Source of the DNA: Hyalangium minutum
GTDB lineage: Bacteria; Myxococcota; Myxococcia; Myxococcales; Myxococcaceae
Reading direction: 5' to 3'
NCBI RefSeq assembly: GCF_000737315.1
Contig: NZ_JMCB01000025.1
Coordinates: 40,550-104,549, forward strand
DNA length: 64,000 bases
This document shows, piece after piece, positions 47,940-55,479 of the stretch. Below the pieces are notes generated by a model. It was not told the DNA's origin, did no database searches, and saw nothing but the letters and a program-made list of their open reading frames with translations. How positions within the stretch are numbered: the first letter of the stretch is position 1; each line of letters begins with the position of its first letter. The position numbers and the translations under genes are program-made.

Positions 47940-49436
47940 GTGAACAATCCCAATCCCATCATTCGCATCATGGCCCGCGTGAATCAGACCCTCTATGTGA
48001 CTGGGTACGAGGGGCTGGCCAAAACGGAATTCACCTTCCCGGCGGGGGCTCGTCTTGCGCCCGGCGATCAGTTCACGGATGTCGCGTACGTCGACTTGGA
48101 GAGCCGCAAGCCCTCGTTCCGCGCCATGGTCTACCTGGGGCTGAGCCGCGCCAGCCGGGACTTCACGTGTTACATGCAGCAGGAAGGCACGAAGTTCACC
48201 CGCATCCTCGGCCTCTACCAGGGAAACGGCGTTGAGCCCGAGCCTCTCGAAAAACAATACGGTGACGTTCTGGACCCCTTCCATGACGCGGAAGGCCGGC
48301 TCATCTGGCAGTACCAGATCGACAAGCTGTTTCCGTTCTCGGCTGCCCATGCGCGGCTCCTGCCGCTCGTGGAGGGCGCCGCGTTCGCCGGTGATGTCTT
48401 CGCTCTCAAGTACAAGCTCCCCAAGATGGTGCTCGGCGCCGTCGTCCGGGCTGCCGATGGGTCGTTCGCGCGCACGGTCCAGGGATGGGCTGATGCCGAG
48501 GGCTCCCTCGTGCCTGACGAACACACGCTCGTGCCGGTCGGCTCCATCACCAAGGCGTTCACGGGACACCTGCTTGCCAGGATGGTCGCGAAGGGAGAGG
48601 CCCGCTTCACGGATCAGATCGCTGAAAACCCCGCGATCCGCCTCATCGATCTGGTCACGCACACGAGCGGCCTGCCCCGCGAGGTGACCCCGGACATCGG
48701 GCTCGAACCGACGAAGCCAGAGCTGCTGCCGTCCGTCCTTTTTCCACCGGGAACGGGCGCGTTCTACTCGAACGTTGGCTTCAACGCCCTCTCCCGAGCG
48801 TTGTACGACAAGTGTAACAAGTCGGAAAACGCATCCTATTACGACCTGTTGAATCGAGAGGTGCTGTCCCCTCTCCAACTCGGCCACACCTCGTTCAACG
48901 CGCCGCCCTGGAAGGTGGGATGCAAAGACGACAGCACCCAGAACCTGTTCGGTGGCCACGATGCCAATGGCAACCCCTGGCCCCGGCAGAGGCCAGCGTC
49001 CCAGCCGGGGCAAGAGCCGCAGCCGACGCACAACTCTACACCTCGGGGCGCCAGCGGCCTGTACTCGACACCCGAGGACCTCCTCACGTGGCTCCAGTGG
49101 CACCTCGAGACCGGCAGCGACCTAGAGCGAAGCGACGTGGAGGCGCGGTTCCTGAATCACGGGGCCTACGTGCAGCGTGACGGGCTGAATCCCGTCATCG
49201 GCCTCGACGAGTCCGGCCACATGGATGCGATGGGGCTCGGCTGGGTCGTGATGATGCCCAGGGGCGACCGGCCGTTCATCCTTCAAAAGGCCGGTGGCAC
49301 GAATGGTGTGTTCAGCTATGTCGCGTTCTCGCCCGTTCGAGGGATCGGACTCTTCATGTCCATCGACCAGTTCGACGTCGGCGCGGCGACGGAGATGCCA
49401 GAGATGATCAACGACCTCCTGGCCTCACGAAAATAA
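47940..49436 (+). CDS. Serine hydrolase (beta-lactamase/AmpH-like) with unrelated N-terminal domain; start uncertain
   Basis: GSITKAFTG (SxxK), LIDLVTHTSGLP, FYSNVGF, KAGG. Confidence 0.82.
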   Translation: MNNPNPIIRIMARVNQTLYVTGYEGLAKTEFTFPAGARLAPGDQFTDVAYVDLESRKPSFRAMVYLGLSRASRDFTCYMQQEGTKFTRILGLYQGNGVEPEPLEKQYGDVLDPFHDAEGRLIWQYQIDKLFPFSAAHARLLPLVEGAAFAGDVFALKYKLPKMVLGAVVRAADGSFARTVQGWADAEGSLVPDEHTLVPVGSITKAFTGHLLARMVAKGEARFTDQIAENPAIRLIDLVTHTSGLPREVTPDIGLEPTKPELLPSVLFPPGTGAFYSNVGFNALSRALYDKCNKSENASYYDLLNREVLSPLQLGHTSFNAPPWKVGCKDDSTQNLFGGHDANGNPWPRQRPASQPGQEPQPTHNSTPRGASGLYSTPEDLLTWLQWHLETGSDLERSDVEARFLNHGAYVQRDGLNPVIGLDESGHMDAMGLGWVVMMPRGDRPFILQKAGGTNGVFSYVAFSPVRGIGLFMSIDQFDVGAATEMPEMINDLLASRK

Positions 49437-49471
49437 AGCGCGGGAGGGAGGGCCCCCATGAAGCCACAGCA

Positions 49472-49948
49472 TCATGCGGGCAAGAATGTGGCGGCTCTCT
49501 CAGCCTCTTGCTTCAGGGCCGTATTGCGGATCTCCAGCAGCCGCTTCATGTGGCGCGCCAGGAAGAGCTGATCCGCCAGCCAGCCAAGAGGGCCCAGCGG
49601 CGCGCGGTGCTCCCACTCGTCCACCATGCGCGTGCCTCCCTCCACCGGCTCGAAGAGGTGCCGGTGCTCGAGGGAGGCGAACGGGCCGTGCACCTGGATG
49701 TCCGTGAAGCGGTGTGGACGCTCGAGCACCGTGATGCGGCTGCGCAGCCGCCAGCGCAGGCCCAGGTGCCGGGCCTGCCACTCCACCTCCTCGTCCAGCT
49801 CGATGAGGCCCCCGCGGCGGCCTCCCACGATCTGCTCGCCCGTGTGGGCCAGGGAGCGCTGGTGGAAGTCCAGATCCCGGGCCAAGTCAAAGACCCGCTC
49901 TGGCGGCGCGGCGATGAAGAATTCCAGGACGAAGCGGGCCACGGACAC
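49472..49948 (-). CDS. SRPBCC family protein
   Basis: APPERVFDL, W.ARHLG, F.D.QV.GPF....H.H.F. Confidence 0.88.
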   Translation of the reverse strand: MSVARFVLEFFIAAPPERVFDLARDLDFHQRSLAHTGEQIVGGRRGGLIELDEEVEWQARHLGLRWRLRSRITVLERPHRFTDIQVHGPFASLEHRHLFEPVEGGTRMVDEWEHRAPLGPLGWLADQLFLARHMKRLLEIRNTALKQEAERAATFLPA

Positions 49949-49984
49949 AGTCTAGCTCGCTCCGATGGACTTGGGGCTCCTCCG

Positions 49985-50275
49985 CTAACAGCCACAGACC
50001 CGATAGCTCTTGACCGTGCACGAGCCAGAGGGGGTGCAGCACCGCTTGGTGACGGTCCGGACTCTGTCCCTCTCATTATCGCAGTACCCTGAACGACACT
50101 CGCCATAGGTCTCTTCACACCGCACAGCGACGGGCGTCGCTGTGTCCGGCGAGACATCCCCGTCAGGAGGAGCCGTCTGCGAACCTTCGGTGACGGGGTC
50201 CTGCTCTGTCGAACTGACTCCGCAGGCAGCAAGCACCAGTACTCCGATGAACACCACGCATCGCAGGATCTTCAT
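49985..50275 (-). CDS. Small Cys-rich lipoprotein
   Basis: Lipobox LAAC; 8 Cys in the C-terminal 44 aa; GGGGG RBS-like run. Confidence 0.7.
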   Translation of the reverse strand: MKILRCVVFIGVLVLAACGVSSTEQDPVTEGSQTAPPDGDVSPDTATPVAVRCEETYGECRSGYCDNERDRVRTVTKRCCTPSGSCTVKSYRVCGC

Positions 50276-50586
50276 GACGCCCCCCTGTGCCCGCGACACC
50301 GCAGGCTGCACCGACAGAATCCGCGGGGAAGGTATGAGCAGCCCGGAGCAGCGCAAGACCGCCCGGGGTGCCATGCGCCGTGACAGGGAGCCATGTCTTC
50401 AACTGCGGGTCGCCTGGGCGGGAGGCCCTGGCAGGCGGCTCGTCTCGCCCGCTGGGGCAGGAGTCGAACCCACCGCCGGGACAGGAAGATAGGCGCCGCC
50501 ACCGAGTCCAGGCAGAATGGCGCGGGGCTGTCACCGAGGCGCGCGGCCCCTCTCGACCTCAGAACCTGGCGCCGGAGGACTTCAGA

Positions 50587-51036
50587 ATGATCGCAAGCCG
50601 TTGGATGGGACTGGCCGTGCTGACCGTGCTGTTCTCCACGAGCGCTCTGGCCCAGGCGACGACCCCCGTAGGGCGCTGGACCACCATCGATGACGAGACG
50701 AAGAAGCCCAAGTCCGTCATCTCCGTCTATGAGGAGAACGGCAAGCTCTTCGGGAAGATCGAGAAGCTCTTCCGCGAGCCCACCGAGGAACAGAACCCGG
50801 TCTGTGACAAGTGCGAGGGCGCGCTGAAGAACCAGCCCATTCTCGGCATGGTCATCATGAAGGATCTCAAGAAGGACGACGATGAGTGGTCCGGCGGCAC
50901 GATCCTCGATCCGGCCAATGGCAAGACCTACAAGGTCAAGATCGCCGTGGAGGACGGGGGCAAGAAGCTGAAGGTCCGCGGCTACATCGGCATGGCGCTG
51001 TTGGGTCGCACCCAGCACTGGGTTCGCGCCGAGTAG
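50587..51036 (+). CDS. DUF2147 family secreted protein
   Basis: Signal peptide; GRWTTIDD, C.KC.G, W.GG.ILDP.NGK.Y, L.VRGYIG..LLGRTQ.W.R. Confidence 0.92.
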   Translation: MIASRWMGLAVLTVLFSTSALAQATTPVGRWTTIDDETKKPKSVISVYEENGKLFGKIEKLFREPTEEQNPVCDKCEGALKNQPILGMVIMKDLKKDDDEWSGGTILDPANGKTYKVKIAVEDGGKKLKVRGYIGMALLGRTQHWVRAE

Positions 51037-51065
51037 TGTCGCCCTGTGGTGGAGGCGCTGCCGGA

Positions 51066-51545
51066 TCAGCCTCCGCCGTTCGCCTGCTGGAGCGCCTGGG
51101 CTGCCCGCTTGATGGCGGCCCGGATGCGCACGTAGGTGCCGCACCGGCAGACGTTGTCGCTCATGGCGGCGTCGATCTCGGCATCCGTGGGGTGGGCGTT
51201 TCTCCGGAGGAGATCGACCGCGGCCATGATCTGACCGGGTTGGCAGAACCCGCACTGGGCCACGTCCTCAGCGATCCACGCTTGCTGCACGGGGTGGAGC
51301 CCCGGGGCGCCCAGGCCCTCGATGGTCGTCACCTGGTGGCCCTCCACGCTGCTCGCGGGATGGATGCAGGGGCGGAACGCCTGTCCATCGAGATGGCTGG
51401 TGCAGGCCCCGCATACGCCGACGCCGCAGCCATACTTGGGGCCCGTGACGCTCAGCACTTCGCGCAGCACCCACAGGAACGGCATGTCCAGAGGGGTGTC
51501 CACCGACACGGGCTTCCCGTTCAAGGTGAAGTGAATCACCGGCAT
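51066..51545 (-). CDS. Isoquinoline 1-oxidoreductase alpha-like (2Fe-2S) subunit
   Basis: GPKYGCGVGVCGACT, QCGFCQPGQIM, NVCRCGTY. Confidence 0.93.
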   Translation of the reverse strand: MPVIHFTLNGKPVSVDTPLDMPFLWVLREVLSVTGPKYGCGVGVCGACTSHLDGQAFRPCIHPASSVEGHQVTTIEGLGAPGLHPVQQAWIAEDVAQCGFCQPGQIMAAVDLLRRNAHPTDAEIDAAMSDNVCRCGTYVRIRAAIKRAAQALQQANGGG

Positions 51546-51547
51546 GG

Positions 51548-53698
51548 TCAGGCGCCTCCGTTGAGGAGCGGGAACTGGGTGGGCATCGTGCCGGTGGCCC
51601 GGGCAATGGCATTGGCCAGGGCCGCAGCCGCACTGGGATAGCCGAGCTCTCCCACGCCTCCCACGTGGTTGTCCGAGCGGACCAGGTGCACCTGGATCTC
51701 GGCGGGGGTGTGCCGCATGCGCAGCCACCGGTAGTCCGCGAAGCTGCCCTCTCGCACGGCTCCCGCGTCAATGTGGATGCCGGCACTCAGCGTGGTCGAC
51801 ATCGCGTCCACGGCGGCGCCTTGGAGCTGGGCCTCGATGCTCTTGGGGTTGATGGGCAGGCCGACATCGGCGGCGATGACGATCCGCAGCACCCGGGGCG
51901 TCTCTCCCGTGACGTCGACCTCGACCAGGTGGGCGATGGCACTGTTCCACTCCTCGAGCACGGCGACGCCCTGGGCCACCCCCGCTGGGAGTGGCCGGCC
52001 CCACTGCCCCTTGCTGGCGACTTCGTTCAGCACCGCCTTGAGGCGATTCGAGGTGAGCCGGGACTGCCGCAGCTCGACCGGGTCGCGCCCCAGCGCCCGT
52101 GCCAGCGCATCCACGAAGATTTCATTCGCTACGCCCACCTGGCTGGTGAACACGGAGCGGAAAGAGCCTGTGGGAATGGGGAGGGTGACCTCGCGCATGT
52201 CCTGGCTCACCCACCCGAAGGAGTAGGGGACGTGCTGTGTCATGGCGAAGAACACCTGGCTGGTCACGTTGGGCAGGACTTCACCAGCCATGGCGGTGAG
52301 GAGGTCTCCGAAACCGTGAGGAAGCTCCACCGTGGGAATGGCGGCGCGGTGGTTCCAGCCGAGGATCGACCCCGCTGGACCGAGGTAGGCGAGGAGCCGG
52401 TGGTGGCTGGCGGGCCGGAAGTGGCCGTGGCGCATGTCGTCGTTGCGCGTCCACATCAGCTTCACGGGACGCCCGAGCGCCCGCGAGACGAGCGCGGCTT
52501 CCACCGCGGCCTCGGTGAAGAACCTGCGGCCGAACCCGCCTCCTGCCCTCACGGGATGCACGGTCACCCGCTGCGGCGTGAGTGCCCAGCCGAGCGCCTC
52601 GGCGACCTGGCGCCGCGCGTACTTCGGATCCTGCGCTCCCATCCAGATCTCGGCACTGTCGGCGGTGACTCGGGCCACGCAGCTCTGCGTCTCCATGGGC
52701 GCGTGGGCGAGGTAGGGGAAGTCGAAGCGGGCCTCCAGGGTCTGGGTGGTGAACAGCGGCGGGAGCGGCCGCGCGCCGATGGCATCTCGCAGGCTCGTTC
52801 GAATGTGGGAGTCGGAGAGGTGGCTGGCCGGCCCCAGGGTCCAAGTGATTCGCAGCGCATCGCGCGCAGCGAAGGCCTGAGCGAAGTTCTGGGCGGCGAC
52901 GGCGACTCCCGAGGGCAGCGGCACCACCCCCACCACTCCGGGCAGCGCCGAGGCGGCCGAGGCATCCAAGGTCTGGACCGAGCCGCGCAGCGTGGGAGGC
53001 CGGGCCACGAGGACGGGCACGGCCCCTGGAATATCGAGATCGAGCGTGTAGCGCGCAGCCCCTGTCACGAGGTCGTGCGCATCAATGCGCCCCGTGGGCC
53101 GTCCCACCACCTTATAAGTGCTCGGTGGCTTCGGCAGGGTGGGGACCTCGGGGATCAAGACGCGGGCGGCCTCCTGGGCCAGCTCGCCGTAGCCAGTGCG
53201 GCGGCCGTCGGGCGCGAGCACCTCTCCATTGGAGGTGGAGAGCGTGAGCGCCAGCACCTGCCAGCGGTGCGCGGCGGCTGTGACGAGCCGGGCGCGGGCG
53301 TCGGCAGCCGCGGCGCGAAGGGGACCGGCCAGATAGCGCATTGTCGATGACAGCCCGGTGAGCTGGATGAGCCAGCGCGGATCCGCGTCCGCGCTGCGCA
53401 CGTCCACGGAGCTCAGCGGCACGTCGAGCTCCTCCGCGACGAGCATGGCCACGCCGGTGGTGATGCCCTGGCCCATCTCGGTGCGGGGCAGCGTCGTGAG
53501 GACGCGCCCATCGGAGCGGAGGGTGATGTAGAGGTCCAACGGAGTCTCGGCTGGAGCCTCCGCCGCGCAGGCGGAGGGCACATCGAGCCCCCACCTCGCC
53601 GCCACCATCAACGTGGGGGCGGCGACCAGCCACGTCAGAAACTGGCGGCGGTTCGCACCGTCTGAACCGCCTGGCTCCGGTGTCTGTGTGTCAGCCAT
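51548..53698 (-). CDS. Isoquinoline 1-oxidoreductase beta-like molybdopterin subunit with Tat signal
   Basis: RRQFL, EMGQG..TG, HAPME, GGGFGR, GGVGE.G.P...ALANAI..ATG. Confidence 0.92.
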   Translation of the reverse strand: MADTQTPEPGGSDGANRRQFLTWLVAAPTLMVAARWGLDVPSACAAEAPAETPLDLYITLRSDGRVLTTLPRTEMGQGITTGVAMLVAEELDVPLSSVDVRSADADPRWLIQLTGLSSTMRYLAGPLRAAAADARARLVTAAAHRWQVLALTLSTSNGEVLAPDGRRTGYGELAQEAARVLIPEVPTLPKPPSTYKVVGRPTGRIDAHDLVTGAARYTLDLDIPGAVPVLVARPPTLRGSVQTLDASAASALPGVVGVVPLPSGVAVAAQNFAQAFAARDALRITWTLGPASHLSDSHIRTSLRDAIGARPLPPLFTTQTLEARFDFPYLAHAPMETQSCVARVTADSAEIWMGAQDPKYARRQVAEALGWALTPQRVTVHPVRAGGGFGRRFFTEAAVEAALVSRALGRPVKLMWTRNDDMRHGHFRPASHHRLLAYLGPAGSILGWNHRAAIPTVELPHGFGDLLTAMAGEVLPNVTSQVFFAMTQHVPYSFGWVSQDMREVTLPIPTGSFRSVFTSQVGVANEIFVDALARALGRDPVELRQSRLTSNRLKAVLNEVASKGQWGRPLPAGVAQGVAVLEEWNSAIAHLVEVDVTGETPRVLRIVIAADVGLPINPKSIEAQLQGAAVDAMSTTLSAGIHIDAGAVREGSFADYRWLRMRHTPAEIQVHLVRSDNHVGGVGELGYPSAAAALANAIARATGTMPTQFPLLNGGA

Positions 53699-53784
53699 GG
53701 AAGGACTATGGCTGACACGTTTCGGGGACTCCATGACTCGCCGGGTGATGCGTCCGCTACCCCCCTGATCAGGCGGTGCTCTGT

Positions 53785-55377
53785 TCACTCGGTGGTGGGG
53801 TTGGTCCCTTCCAGCTCATGGTCCAACCACGTCTTGAATGCATCCACCACCGCCGGTACCGCGGCGGCTCCGAGCCAGTTGTGGTTGGAGCCCATGAAGG
53901 AGAAGGCCACTGCGACGTAGGCCACGTCGGGGGCGAGATAGCCGTCGATGTAGTAGCCCAGGCCCAGGAAGCGCAGATCGATGATGTACGGGCTGGTTGA
54001 GATGAAGACGTCTGCCCGGTTCGTGTACTGGTCATCGGTCCATCCGAAGTAGTAGTCGGCCAGTGTGGAGGCCACAGGCGTCGTTCCTGGCCACCCCCGG
54101 GTTCTCAGCAGCATCGAGACGTTGAGCCCGTCCACGTCCCCGCGCATGTCCTCGTGCCCCTCGTTCATCAGGGCCGACCAGCTGTCGGTGCTGTGCTCCA
54201 CCATGTGATTGGCGGCGGTCCCCAGGTCTCCTGCCAGCGTCACCATGGCGCCGTGGCTCGCGAGGTTGGGGAGGTCATACTCTGCGGTCTCGTAGATCCA
54301 GCGATTCCGCCGGTTCAAGAACTCGTTCGAGCCCAACCGGGGATAGGGCGCGTTGAAATCCACCGCGCACAGGAGGTGCCCGAAGTCCACCCGCTGGCCG
54401 TTGGGCGCGCGGATGGCCGCGATGTAGCCACCGTTCTGATCCGGATGGATGGGCCCGTGCGGAACTCCGAGCAGGTCGATCATCGACAAGGAGATCGGCT
54501 CCGCGCCCGACGCGGTGAAGTACATGCCGCCGTTGTAGTAGGCCTGCCGGGCGAGCTGGACCGCGTAACCGGGAAGGAAGGCGTACTGCTTCTCGAGCTG
54601 GCTGATGCGAGTGATGAGCACCGGCAAGCGGGCGCGCTCTCGCTGCTCCTCGGGGAACGCCGCCTCCGTCTGCAACAGGCTCGCCAGCTCCATCGAGGCA
54701 AGGTACAGCGCCGTGGATGCCTCACTCTGCTCCGAGGGCGGGGCCGTGGGCGGCAGGGATTGGAGCCTGCGCATGGCTCGCCCGAGCCGGACCCGGGTGT
54801 TGCTGAGGGCGATCTGGTTCTGGAGGGCGGCATGACTGATGCCCCACGCGCCCGGGGCGATCCCAATCGTCTCGGTGAGCTTGTCGGAGTCCAGAGGCGC
54901 GAGGGTAGGCTGCGGAATCGTGGGGACGGGGCCCGCCTCCGGACAGGACTTGCCCTGCGCGCTCCATCCCGTCTCCCCGCAGGAGTAGTACTGCAAGTCG
55001 GCACCACAGACCTGCTCGCCGCACGTGGTCGCTGTGACGGGGTTGCCCAGAAAGTCCACGCCGTTGGGGCAATAGCAGGAGGGAGGAGGTTCCTCTCCCT
55101 GGCAGGAGATGCCCTGCGCGCTCCAGCCCGTCTCCTCGCAGGAGTAGTACTGGAAGTCAGCGCCACAGACTTGTTGGCCGCAGGATGTCCCCGTGACGGG
55201 GTTACCCTGAGAGTCCGCGCCATCGGGGCAATAGCAGGACTGGGCGTGGCTCACGGACGGGAGGAGCAGCGTGCCCAGCACTCCGGCGGCCAAGGCCAGC
55301 GCCATGGCGAGTGGCCGGGTAACTCCAGAGGTTCGGTAGGCGGGAAGGGCAGGGGACTCGATGGGTGGGGAATGCAT
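53785..55377 (-). CDS. Secreted protein with two 46-aa Cys-rich repeats and an uncharacterised C-terminal domain
   Basis: Signal peptide ending SHA-Q; repeats SCYCP.G.D..GNPVT.T.CG.QVCGAD.QYYSC.ETGWSAQG.SC. Confidence 0.75.
   Translation of the reverse strand: MHSPPIESPALPAYRTSGVTRPLAMALALAAGVLGTLLLPSVSHAQSCYCPDGADSQGNPVTGTSCGQQVCGADFQYYSCEETGWSAQGISCQGEEPPPSCYCPNGVDFLGNPVTATTCGEQVCGADLQYYSCGETGWSAQGKSCPEAGPVPTIPQPTLAPLDSDKLTETIGIAPGAWGISHAALQNQIALSNTRVRLGRAMRRLQSLPPTAPPSEQSEASTALYLASMELASLLQTEAAFPEEQRERARLPVLITRISQLEKQYAFLPGYAVQLARQAYYNGGMYFTASGAEPISLSMIDLLGVPHGPIHPDQNGGYIAAIRAPNGQRVDFGHLLCAVDFNAPYPRLGSNEFLNRRNRWIYETAEYDLPNLASHGAMVTLAGDLGTAANHMVEHSTDSWSALMNEGHEDMRGDVDGLNVSMLLRTRGWPGTTPVASTLADYYFGWTDDQYTNRADVFISTSPYIIDLRFLGLGYYIDGYLAPDVAYVAVAFSFMGSNHNWLGAAAVPAVVDAFKTWLDHELEGTNPTTE
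54943..55239 (-). repeat. Two ~138-bp coding direct repeats (55102-55239 and 54943-55080)
   Basis: Near-identical DNA and protein, separated by QGEEPPP. Confidence 0.85.
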
Positions 55378-55479
55378 GGAACTTCTCCTCGGCTCATCAA
55401 TTCGAGCTTCGTGGGAGTGACAGGCGCCACCGCTGGCCGCCGCAAAAAAATCTAGAATTCCTCTGACGGAAGGAGCCGG

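Noticed and set aside
50440-50480. tRNA-like T-arm (minus strand GTGGGTTCGACTCCTGCCCC)
   Set aside because: No matching acceptor stem, D-arm, anticodon arm or CCA could be built; at most a remnant. tRNAscan-SE or ARAGORN would settle it
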